Positions 24,652 to 31,714 of a DNA stretch of 32,000 nt are shown in pieces. Every line of letters begins with the position of its first letter. Within the stretch, counting starts at the first letter, position 1. This DNA comes from Megasphaera elsdenii DSM 20460 (GTDB lineage Bacteria; Bacillota; Negativicutes; Veillonellales; Megasphaeraceae). The DNA lies in contig NZ_CP027570.1 in NCBI RefSeq assembly GCF_003010495.1, positions 1,950,001 through 1,982,000 on the forward strand, in the 5' to 3' direction. A program made the translations under genes and the position numbers. A model generated the notes under the pieces. That model did not search any database. It worked only from the letters and a program-made list of their open reading frames with translations, and was not told the DNA's origin.

Positions 24652-25800
24652 ATGAAACGAATTTATTTAGATAATGCGGCTGCGACGCCTATGGACCCGC
24701 GCGTCCTGGACGTCATGATGCCCTATTTGACGACGGCTTACGGCAATCCGTCGAGCCTTCATTATTTCGGCCAGCAGGCCCGGGCTGCCGTCCAGACGGC
24801 GCGCAGCCAGGTGGCCCACTGCCTGGGCGTCAAAGGGGAAGACCTGGTCTTCACCAGTGGCGGCACGGAAGCGGACAATCTGGCCATCCTCGGCTTCCTG
24901 CGGGCCAATTTCCCCGACGGCGGCCATCTTATCACGACGGCTGTGGAACACCACGCCGTCCTGCGGACCTTCCAGGCCCTGGAACAAAAGGGGTACGACG
25001 TGACCTATGTCCCTGTCGAAGCCGACGGCCGGGTCACGGCCGAAGCCGTCGCTCAGGCCTTGCGCGATGATACGGTCCTCATTTCTGTCATGTACGCCAA
25101 TAATGAAACGGGCATGGTCCAGCCTGTCGACGCCATCGGCGCCCTGGCCCGGCAGAAGGGCATCGCCTTTCACGTCGATGCCGTCCAGGCCTTTGGCTAC
25201 GTGCCCATCCGCCCTTTGGAACAGGGCATCGACATGCTGACCGTGTGCAGCCATAAGATTTACGGTCCCAAAGGCGTCGGCGCCTTGTATATCCGCCACG
25301 GCCTGCAAGTCGCCGCCGAAGCCTACGGCGGCCCCCAGGAACACCGCCTGCGGGCGGGGACGGAGAACGTCGCTGCCATCGCCGGCTTCGGCAAGGCTGC
25401 GGAACTCCTGGGAGCCGAACGGAACGACCGCGTCCTGGCGGCGCGGCGCCTGACCGATGCCGTCTACGAGCGGCTCATCAAGGGCGACGCCCGGTTCCAC
25501 CTCAATGGCCGGCGCAATCACGTCCTGCCCAACATCATCGACTTCAGCGTCGATGGGGTGGACAGCGCCATTTTGCTCATCGCCCTCGATCTCCAGGGAC
25601 TGGCCGTATCTGCCGGTTCGGCCTGTGAAGCTGGTGCCGTCGAGGCATCCCATGTCCTCCAGGCTATGGGAATCGAAGAGAAGTGGCTGCGCAGCAGTAT
25701 CCGCTTGTCCGTAGGCAAAGAGAATACGTTAGATGAAATAAAACGAGCCGTTGCCATCATTGGCGACGCTGTCCGTAAAAGCAGAGGAGAATCATTATGA
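24652..25800 (+). CDS. nifS: Cysteine desulfurase, NifS/YrvO-like (class V aminotransferase)
   Basis: Contains MKRIYLDNAAATPMDPRV, the PLP lysine in CSHKIYGPKGVG, and the active-site Cys in SAGSACEAG. The ATGA overlap with mnmA matches the yrvO-mnmA pairing known from B. subtilis. Confidence 0.88.
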   Translation: MKRIYLDNAAATPMDPRVLDVMMPYLTTAYGNPSSLHYFGQQARAAVQTARSQVAHCLGVKGEDLVFTSGGTEADNLAILGFLRANFPDGGHLITTAVEHHAVLRTFQALEQKGYDVTYVPVEADGRVTAEAVAQALRDDTVLISVMYANNETGMVQPVDAIGALARQKGIAFHVDAVQAFGYVPIRPLEQGIDMLTVCSHKIYGPKGVGALYIRHGLQVAAEAYGGPQEHRLRAGTENVAAIAGFGKAAELLGAERNDRVLAARRLTDAVYERLIKGDARFHLNGRRNHVLPNIIDFSVDGVDSAILLIALDLQGLAVSAGSACEAGAVEASHVLQAMGIEEKWLRSSIRLSVGKENTLDEIKRAVAIIGDAVRKSRGESL

Positions 25801-26876
25801 AACGAGTTGCCGTAGCTATGAGCGGCGGCGTCGACAGTTCGGTCACAGCCGGTCTCTTGAAGCAGCAAGGGTATGATGTCATCGGCATTACCCTGCGCCT
25901 GTGGGAAGAAGATCCGGCTTGCACCATCGATAACGTCCACGCCTGCTGCTCCCTCAGTTCCGTCGACGATGCCAAAGCCGTCGCTTCGGTCCTGGGGATT
26001 CCCCATTATACTTTGGATTTCCGCGATATCTTCCGGCGCGACGTCATTGACTATTTCGTCGATGCTTACGTCCACGGCAAGACGCCCAATCCCTGTATTG
26101 CCTGCAATAAATTCATTAAGTTCGGCCTGCTCTGGGAGAAAGCCCGACAGTTCGGCGCCGATTTCCTGGCGACTGGTCATTACGCCCGCATCGAAAAGAA
26201 CGAAGCGACGGGAATCTATTCCTTGCTCCGCGGCACAGACCGCCGCAAGGACCAGTCCTATGTCCTCTATCAATTGACACAGGACTTGTTGCCGCATATT
26301 TTGTTCCCCATGGCCGACCTGGAAAAGGTCCATACGCGGGAACTGGCCAAGGAATGGGGCCTGCCGGTCTTCAATAAGCCCGAAAGCCAGGATATCTGCT
26401 TTATTCCGGACAACGATTATAAGGGATTTTTGCAGCACGAACGGAAGGGCATCTTCAAGCCTGGCGACTTCGTCGATAAAGAAGGCCATGTCATCGGCCG
26501 CCATAAAGGCATCGCCGCCTATACCATCGGCCAGCGCCGGGGCCTGAACCTCGGCGGTCCCGGCGGCCCTTATTACGTGACGGCCCTGGACGTAGCTCAT
26601 AATAAAGTCATCGTCGGTTCGGAACGGGACTTGTTCTCGAAGACGGTCCATGCCAGTGAAGCGACCTGGGTCGAACAGACGCCGGACGCTCCTTTCCGGG
26701 CCTTGGGCAAGATACGTTATGCTGCCCGGGAAGCGGCCTGCACGGTCTATCCCGATGGCGACAGCCTGCAGGTCGAATTCGACGACGCCCAGCGTGCCGT
26801 CACGGCCGGCCAGGCCTTGGTACTTTACGACGCCGACACAGGCGAACGCGTCCTGGGCGGTGGCGTTATCCAATAG
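25797..26876 (+). CDS. mnmA: tRNA 2-thiouridine(34) synthase
   Basis: Contains VAVAMSGGVDSSV (PP-loop), NPCIACNKFIKF and RKDQSYVLY. Length is 359 aa. Confidence 0.93.
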   Translation: MKRVAVAMSGGVDSSVTAGLLKQQGYDVIGITLRLWEEDPACTIDNVHACCSLSSVDDAKAVASVLGIPHYTLDFRDIFRRDVIDYFVDAYVHGKTPNPCIACNKFIKFGLLWEKARQFGADFLATGHYARIEKNEATGIYSLLRGTDRRKDQSYVLYQLTQDLLPHILFPMADLEKVHTRELAKEWGLPVFNKPESQDICFIPDNDYKGFLQHERKGIFKPGDFVDKEGHVIGRHKGIAAYTIGQRRGLNLGGPGGPYYVTALDVAHNKVIVGSERDLFSKTVHASEATWVEQTPDAPFRALGKIRYAAREAACTVYPDGDSLQVEFDDAQRAVTAGQALVLYDADTGERVLGGGVIQ

Positions 26877-26894
26877 AAAAAGAGGAGGACTACC

Positions 26895-26945
26895 GTGTCT
26901 ACAGATCATATCAGAAACTTTTCAATTATTGCTACATATCTCTGA
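26895..26945 (+). pseudogene. lepA: 5' stub of lepA (elongation factor 4) truncated by insertion of the integrative element
   Basis: A strong RBS (AGAGGAGG) precedes GTG 26895. The ORF encodes VSTDHIRNFSIIA, matching the invariant LepA N-terminus IRNFSIIAHIDHGKST, then diverges (TYL-stop) exactly where the G1 motif HIDHGKS should follow. Confidence 0.8.
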
Positions 26946-26954
26946 AACTCAGCT

Positions 26955-28079
26955 CTATGCCTCATTCTTCTTATCGTCTACTGCAACACTACTGCAACCG
27001 GGCAAAGAAACGCCTTTAATTTCGTCGTAGACCTCGTTTTGCATGGCGTTGATATAAATAGATGTCGTGACGATAGAAGAGTGTCTCAACTGCTTTGAGA
27101 TGGTTCTTAGAGGGACTCCCTCTTTGGCCAGTATCGTAGCATGTAGATGCCTCAATATATGGACCGAACCTCTGGGGGACACCCGTAACATAGCTCGGTG
27201 TAGCGTAGCCGTTACACTGTCTGGTTTAAGGTGTCTCCCATTTTTATCACAAAAGACGAATTCGCTACTGATTCCTGCCTTCCTGTATTCGTCTTTAAGG
27301 TTTGCAATCAGTTCCATTCCGTCGTCAGGTATCTGGACTATCTGTCCAGAGATGCCGTTCTTGGGAGTCTTTATATACAGACGATGAGATGTAGCCTGAC
27401 AGGTATAATTTCTCCTTACCGTAACGATACCTTTCTCTTCATCAATATCTTCCCACTTCAATCCGATTAGCTCTCCCCGTCGTAGGCCGGTATATAAACA
27501 AAATAATCCTAGGTATCTCATACCGATAGGGTGAAGTTCGTTCAGTGACTTAATGACATCCTCCACTTTCGGAAGTATGTATGGGTTCTGTTTGCGATGG
27601 CTTATAAAATCTAAATCAACCCCATGATGTATATATCCTTCTTTCTGAGCCTGTTTCAAAGCCCTCATATAGAATTTTACCGTCGTGTGAGTCGTAGCTT
27701 CTGCATAACCCATTCCTTTCATATTAGCTGCGAAAGCCTTCAATGTGGAATCTGTGACTTGTGATAGTTTGAGTTCCCCGGTAAGCCTTATGATTCTCCT
27801 GGATATAGATTGATAATTCTCTATGGTGCTGTTATTCGTAAGAGGCAGGCTATTGACATGGTGGGGAAGGTAATCAGCTACCGTCATATTCTTGCTCTGA
27901 GGGACGATTTCCCCCGATGTTAATTTCTCTTTTATCTTCTTCTTGAGTTTGGCCAACGCCTCGGTCTTGTTCTTTCCATAGGCGGTGATTCGTTTCTTGT
28001 CTATCGTCTCTTGGGCGCAATAAGTCCCATCTTTCCTTACATATACGGTTCCTTCTCCGTTGCTTCTCTTTCGTGCCAT
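26955..28079 (-). CDS. int: Tyrosine-type site-specific integrase
   Basis: The catalytic residues sit in the expected contexts: TGLRRGEL (R), HILRHLHAT (HxxR), LRHSS (H) and TTSIYI (Y). The N-terminus GEGTVYVRKDGTYCAQ is an arm-binding-type domain. Confidence 0.9.
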   Translation of the reverse strand: MARKRSNGEGTVYVRKDGTYCAQETIDKKRITAYGKNKTEALAKLKKKIKEKLTSGEIVPQSKNMTVADYLPHHVNSLPLTNNSTIENYQSISRRIIRLTGELKLSQVTDSTLKAFAANMKGMGYAEATTHTTVKFYMRALKQAQKEGYIHHGVDLDFISHRKQNPYILPKVEDVIKSLNELHPIGMRYLGLFCLYTGLRRGELIGLKWEDIDEEKGIVTVRRNYTCQATSHRLYIKTPKNGISGQIVQIPDDGMELIANLKDEYRKAGISSEFVFCDKNGRHLKPDSVTATLHRAMLRVSPRGSVHILRHLHATILAKEGVPLRTISKQLRHSSIVTTSIYINAMQNEVYDEIKGVSLPGCSSVAVDDKKNEA

Positions 28080-28108
28080 TCATACTCACCTCTTGTGTTT
28101 ATTATAAC

Positions 28109-28137
28109 ATTATATGCAATGACGCGGTAGATGACAA
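28109..28137 (-). promoter_or_regulatory. Putative leftward promoter for int (-35 TTGTCA, 17-nt spacer, -10 TATAAT, minus strand)
   Basis: Plus-strand TGACAA at 28132-28137 and ATTATA at 28109-28114. It lies ~30 nt upstream of the int ATG (28079). Confidence 0.5.
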
Positions 28138-28143
28138 AATGGC

Positions 28144-28172
28144 TTGACATAGAACATGCGTTCTATTATAAT
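28144..28172 (+). promoter_or_regulatory. Rightward consensus sigma-70-type promoter P1 with an inverted repeat in the spacer
   Basis: TTGACA (28144-28149), an exact 17-nt spacer, and TATAAT (28167-28172). The spacer is TAGAAC-ATGC-GTTCTA (28150-28165), an operator-like inverted repeat. Confidence 0.6.
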
Positions 28173-28215
28173 GAAAACAACAGGGAGAAAATTACAAAAA
28201 GTTAGTATAGTCAAT

Positions 28216-28244
28216 TTGACATACTCACTTACATGTAGTATAAT
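28216..28244 (+). promoter_or_regulatory. Rightward consensus sigma-70-type promoter P2
   Basis: TTGACA (28216-28221), an exact 17-nt spacer containing the palindrome TACATGTA (28230-28237), and TATAAT (28239-28244). It lies ~24 nt upstream of the Xis-like ORF. Confidence 0.6.
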
Positions 28245-28267
28245 AATCACAGGAAGTGAGTTAGGAG

Positions 28268-28441
28268 GTGAGCCCCATACTTCTCAAGACGAAAGAGGTC
28301 GCTGAGTACCTCAAGATTTCAGACCAGCAGGTAAGGCGGCTGGTGGACAAGAAGGAACTTCCGTGTATTAGAATCTCCCAAAGGGTCCTTCGGTTCAGGA
28401 AGGAAGACGTTGAAGAATTCATTTCAGGGAGGGAAATATAA
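28268..28441 (+). CDS. Excisionase/AlpA-type helix-turn-helix DNA-binding protein (57 aa; below the ORF-track size cutoff)
   Basis: My translation from GTG 28268 is VSPILLKTKEVAEYLKISDQQVRRLVDKKELPCIRISQRVLRFRKEDVEEFISGREI. This is the typical MerR-superfamily excisionase pattern. The stop overlaps the next ATG (TAATG). Confidence 0.7.
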   Translation: MSPILLKTKEVAEYLKISDQQVRRLVDKKELPCIRISQRVLRFRKEDVEEFISGREI

Positions 28442-28623
28442 TGGACCAATACATTGTGGAGTTCAGAATGTCGGGAAAGACTTTCCCGGAACACTATACC
28501 GTGGACACCCGGAAAGAGGCATACCAGCTCTTAGACGAGTTGATTGAAGAAGCCGAAGGCTGGGGGGACAGGTGGGAGGGTAAAATCTCGAAAGCTCACC
28601 ACTTCGACTATAAGTCCCACTAA
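28441..28623 (+). CDS. Hypothetical small protein (60 aa)
   Basis: A GGGAGGGA RBS is present, and the ORF is translationally coupled to the upstream ORF. I recognise no motif. Confidence 0.5.
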   Translation: MDQYIVEFRMSGKTFPEHYTVDTRKEAYQLLDELIEEAEGWGDRWEGKISKAHHFDYKSH

Positions 28624-28681
28624 GGGACTTCATTTACCCTTGAATACTCACTTTTAGTGATTTTTAATAGGAGGAATCATT

Positions 28682-29431
28682 ATGACAAACACAGAAATTA
28701 TGGAAGCATTGAAGGCACCGTTCAAACCGGAAGAGGTCATGTGGGTTATCGGACGCAAGAGCAAGGACAAGAGCAAAGCCGAAGCCATGGCTTACATCAG
28801 CTCCCGGGCGGTCATGGAACGTCTTGATGAAGTAGTAGGCCCCGATAAATGGGAAGTCGAATACATCCCGGCGGATATGGGGACAGCAACACGGACGACA
28901 TATAAAGGAGAAGAAACATATAGTATCAAAGGCTTCTTGGCCAAGATGACGTTGCATCTGCCGGAAGGTGATGTGTCGAGAATGGACGGAGCTAACTGCA
29001 CAGATTTCAGCCCGTTCAAAGGCGGTATTACCGGAGCCATGCGCCGTGTAGCTTCTGCTTTTGGCATTGGCCGTTACCTGTACAACCTGCCTCGTCAGTG
29101 GGTGCCTATTGACCAGTGGGGTAACTTTACAGAACGTCCGAAGCTTCCGAGTTGGGCGTTACCGGAAGGAACTGTTCAGGACGAACCGGAACCGAGACAG
29201 TCTTACCATCGTGAAGATTCCTACGAAGAACATCAGCCGCAGGCATCCTCGACTGGAGAAGTTATGATGCCGCCGAACACGAAGTACGCAGGCAAACCGG
29301 TATCTTCGGTTACGGACTTCGGTTATCTGACTTGGGTAGTCAATAAGTCTCGATTCTCGGAAGAAGTCAAGAACGCCGCAGCGAAAGTACTTGCCGATCA
29401 GCAGGCGGCTATGTATGACGAACCGGCTTAG
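28682..29431 (+). CDS. Rad52/22-family single-strand annealing protein (phage recombinase)
   Basis: LKAPFKPEEVMW...AYISSRAVMERLDEVVGPDKWEVEY...GAMRRVASAFGIGRYLYNLP matches the Rad52/Sak-type pattern (AYI.AR.V.DRLD...GP..W and FGIGRYLY). Confidence 0.7.
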   Translation: MTNTEIMEALKAPFKPEEVMWVIGRKSKDKSKAEAMAYISSRAVMERLDEVVGPDKWEVEYIPADMGTATRTTYKGEETYSIKGFLAKMTLHLPEGDVSRMDGANCTDFSPFKGGITGAMRRVASAFGIGRYLYNLPRQWVPIDQWGNFTERPKLPSWALPEGTVQDEPEPRQSYHREDSYEEHQPQASSTGEVMMPPNTKYAGKPVSSVTDFGYLTWVVNKSRFSEEVKNAAAKVLADQQAAMYDEPA

Positions 29432-29441
29432 GAGGTAGCCT

Positions 29442-29702
29442 ATGGAGTTAGACGTAAGACTTTGCCAGAAAGTAGGCGTAAGCGCGGCTATTGTCCATTC
29501 GGTCATTCGTAAGCAGTGCGAAGTGAAAGGTGTCCCCTTCGAGGGGCACCGGTTCGCTCGCATGTCCATTGGAGATATTAACCGTAAGATACCGTTCCTT
29601 TCGGCAAGGACAATAACAAGAGCGTTGGACCGACTCGAAGCAAAAGGGTTGGTAGAGAATAGAACATTCGTGGGAACCACAAAGTGGAGGAGAGCATTAT
29701 GA
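29442..29702 (+). CDS. Small winged-helix DNA-binding protein (86 aa)
   Basis: FLSARTITRALDRLEAKGLVEN is a MarR/wHTH-like recognition segment. The RBS is AGGAGG. Confidence 0.5.
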   Translation: MELDVRLCQKVGVSAAIVHSVIRKQCEVKGVPFEGHRFARMSIGDINRKIPFLSARTITRALDRLEAKGLVENRTFVGTTKWRRAL

Positions 29703-30130
29703 GTAGAATTAATGTTTACCAAAGGAATAAATGGGTTAATCTCTGGGTGAGTTACATGGGCGGGAAGAGGTTTTCTTGGCTTGTTTCTGCTAAGGCCACA
29801 ACTGATGAATTCGAGTGTGATTACTCTATGCTTAACAAGCTATGCAGGTCTGGGCTATCCAGTACAGCCAAGGGTATTTTCTCTTTTATACTCCTTAATC
29901 GGTATCTTCCCACGAAAGTCTGTCTATATGGACAGACAACTATTGCAAAGATGTATGGGTGCGCTAACAACACTGCCAGAAGAGCATTGAATGAACTCGA
30001 AGATAACAAAATTATTTACTCCCTCAAGATACACACTGGAAGGTATATAGCATACCAATACGTTATCAACGAATACAAAGAGTGGAACTTACCCGAAAAT
30101 AGTAAGGGGATACACGAGGAGAAAATTTGA
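29699..30130 (+). CDS. wHTH protein, tandem paralog 1 (143 aa)
   Basis: It has an ATGA overlap with the upstream ORF and a GGAGGA RBS. The central segment is TIAKMYGCANNTARRALNELEDNKII. It is a paralog of 30173..30646. Confidence 0.6.
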   Translation: MSRINVYQRNKWVNLWVSYMGGKRFSWLVSAKATTDEFECDYSMLNKLCRSGLSSTAKGIFSFILLNRYLPTKVCLYGQTTIAKMYGCANNTARRALNELEDNKIIYSLKIHTGRYIAYQYVINEYKEWNLPENSKGIHEEKI

Positions 30131-30172
30131 AAGTAGAACGTTCATAGGTAATAAGAAATGGAGGAAAGCACT

Positions 30173-30646
30173 ATGAACACAGAAAAGAAGAATATGATTT
30201 CGGTATATCCGGTTAATAAGTGGGTGAACAAGTGGGTCATAAAGAGAGGTGCTAGAGACTTCGTTTGGAGAATATCTACAAAAGCTCCTACAGATTCTTT
30301 ACATATATCTCCAGACCAAATGATGGTTTTAACAGAATCTGGATTATCTCCTACAGCTAAAAGTATATTTGCTTTTCTTTTCCATCACCGTTTTTCAACC
30401 ACAAGAGTTTGTCTATATGGCTCGTTGACCATTGCACGAATGTACGGATGTGCGAATAATACTGCCAAAAAAGCTCTGAAAGAACTCGAAGCTAGTAACA
30501 TTATAAATAAATTGAAGATTTACACTGGGAAGAATGTATCGTATCAGTATTACATTACCGACTATGGCAAATGGATTCTCCCTAAAAATAGGCGTTCTGG
30601 TGAAAATATTGAAGCCCCTATGCAAGTGATTGAATTAGATGAGTAG
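30173..30646 (+). CDS. wHTH protein, tandem paralog 2 (157 aa)
   Basis: About half of ungapped aligned residues are identical to paralog 1 (my manual count, 69 of ~133), e.g. NKWVN.WV, SGLS.TAK.IF.F, VCLYG..TIA.MYGCANNTA..AL.ELE. The RBS context is also duplicated. Confidence 0.6.
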   Translation: MNTEKKNMISVYPVNKWVNKWVIKRGARDFVWRISTKAPTDSLHISPDQMMVLTESGLSPTAKSIFAFLFHHRFSTTRVCLYGSLTIARMYGCANNTAKKALKELEASNIINKLKIYTGKNVSYQYYITDYGKWILPKNRRSGENIEAPMQVIELDE

Positions 30647-30667
30647 GGTGTCAATAATTAATCTCTA

Positions 30668-30691
30668 TCTAAACTTCTAAACCTCTAAACC
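30668..30691 (+). repeat. Three direct 8-bp-period iterons TCTAAAC(y)
   Basis: TCTAAAC occurs at 30668, 30676 and 30684. Confidence 0.7.
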
Positions 30692-30733
30692 TGTCCGAGG
30701 TAACGCACCTCTTACGAGGTGCTACCTCGGACA
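30692..30733. repeat. 18-bp-stem hairpin with a 2-nt bulge
   Basis: In TGTCCGAGGTA-AC-GCACCTC-TTAC-GAGGTGC-TACCTCGGACA the 11-bp and 7-bp stems pair perfectly. No U-tract follows. Confidence 0.8.
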
Positions 30734-30896
30734 ATAAGAGATTCGTTCGCTTTCGCTCTCTCATCTCTCTAGTATTACATACTAGTTAATTAATTAATTT
30801 AAATTCTAAAGTTCTACACTAACTCTAGAATTACAATCTTAAAATAGCTCGTTGACCACAGGCCAATGAGTTATCTTAATTAATTAAATATAATAA

Positions 30897-30946
30897 GTTG
30901 GTATGATTCTTTATCTGGAGGTAGAAAGAACGATACCAAGTAATTA
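30897..30946 (+). repeat. 50-bp stem-loop repeat, copy 1
   Basis: GTTGGTATGATTC...ATACCAAGTAATTA has the same 36-nt arm spacing as copy 2. The arms are mutually inverted (TTGGTAT/ATACCAA). The loop contains GGAGGTAGAAA, identical to the RBS region at 31163-31173. Confidence 0.75.
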
Positions 30947-31107
30947 CTTGTATATGTTAGATTGATAATAGAGAAATTCTTAACCGGTTAAAAGATTAGA
31001 TAAAGAAGATGTATCCCCAACCACGGGCGGGGGATAGATATTAATTAAATGAATGTTTTTAATCTCCTCATTTTCTCCCGGTTAATGTTTTACTCATCAT
31101 TAGATGA

Positions 31108-31157
31108 GTTGGTATGGTTCGTTCTACCGCCCGTGAATGAATCATACCAAGTAATTA
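31108..31157 (+). repeat. 50-bp stem-loop repeat, copy 2
   Basis: GTTGGTATGGTTC...ATACCAAGTAATTA gives a 16-bp stem if two G-U pairs are allowed on the + strand. It lies immediately upstream of the RBS of ORF 31173. Confidence 0.75.
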
Positions 31158-31172
31158 ATATAGGAGGTAGAA

Positions 31173-31481
31173 ATGAACAAAGACACTGAACGAGATAGGT
31201 TAGCTCAACTCTACCTTGACCAGACCGTCGGCAAAGAATGTTGGGGGTATCAGAACTACGAGAATGTAATGGAAGCTTTCAACAAGAGCCCTGACGGGGA
31301 CATCACAAATATGATAAACTATCTACAGACCCATGTGATGCCTCTAGGTACACCTCTCCGGGAACTGTATCATGAAGCTTCCTCATGGAGAGCTTTCGAC
31401 TACTACAAGGAACAGCCTCGTCCCAAACTGACTGACGAGGTGGCTTACTCCATTGACATGCTGATGAAATTAAGGGGGTAA
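31173..31481 (+). CDS. Hypothetical protein (102 aa)
   Basis: A strong RBS (AGGAGG) is present and the composition is coding-like. I recognise no motif. Confidence 0.5.
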   Translation: MNKDTERDRLAQLYLDQTVGKECWGYQNYENVMEAFNKSPDGDITNMINYLQTHVMPLGTPLRELYHEASSWRAFDYYKEQPRPKLTDEVAYSIDMLMKLRG

Positions 31482-31485
31482 TATT

Positions 31486-31698
31486 ATGACAGAACAGGAA
31501 AGACAGGATAAGATTTTTAAAGGATTGGTCATGTTATTGATGCAAGTCGATAAATACTTTGAACGGGAGGATGATGGTGCCGAGAAAGGAGAATTGGTTA
31601 TTCTCAAAGGCCTTATCCGGAAACGGAAAGATAGTTTACTTGACTTACTGGAGAGAAAGAATGATAACATCATCCAGTTCCCGGGATTGAAAGACTGA
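31486..31698 (+). CDS. Hypothetical protein (70 aa)
   Basis: The RBS is AAGGGGG. The sequence is charged and helical-looking. I recognise no motif. Confidence 0.45.
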   Translation: MTEQERQDKIFKGLVMLLMQVDKYFEREDDGAEKGELVILKGLIRKRKDSLLDLLERKNDNIIQFPGLKD

Positions 31699-31714
31699 TA
31701 TTCAGGAGGCACAC

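Noticed and set aside
4714-26909. Many other long minus-strand ORFs antisense to annotated genes (for example 4714..5823, 6487..7659, 8151..9413, 10605..11642, 13327..14244, 15248..16444, 16780..18384, 18391..19368, 19405..20094, 20918..21766, 22635..23945, 24667..25653, 25518..26909)
   Set aside because: These are shadow ORFs for the same reason. Each overlaps a + strand gene with strong family motifs, and the translations are R/G/A/D-rich without motifs.
26877-26960. A tRNA or tmRNA gene as the integration target
   Set aside because: I could not fold any cloverleaf-like sequence next to the integrase. The flanking sequence instead encodes the LepA N-terminus.
26650-27030. 126-aa + strand ORF spanning the mnmA 3' end, the lepA stub and the integrase 3' end
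   Set aside because: It is out of frame with mnmA, crosses the composition boundary, has no RBS, and conflicts with three better-supported features.
28261-28494. 77-aa minus-strand ORF in the int/Xis region
   Set aside because: It is antisense to the Xis-like ORF, which has a clear HTH motif, an RBS and translational coupling to the next gene.
30786-31050. Repeated TTAATTAA tracts as a specific motif
   Set aside because: They may be a by-product of A+T richness. They are reported only as part of the ori-like region, not as independent sites.
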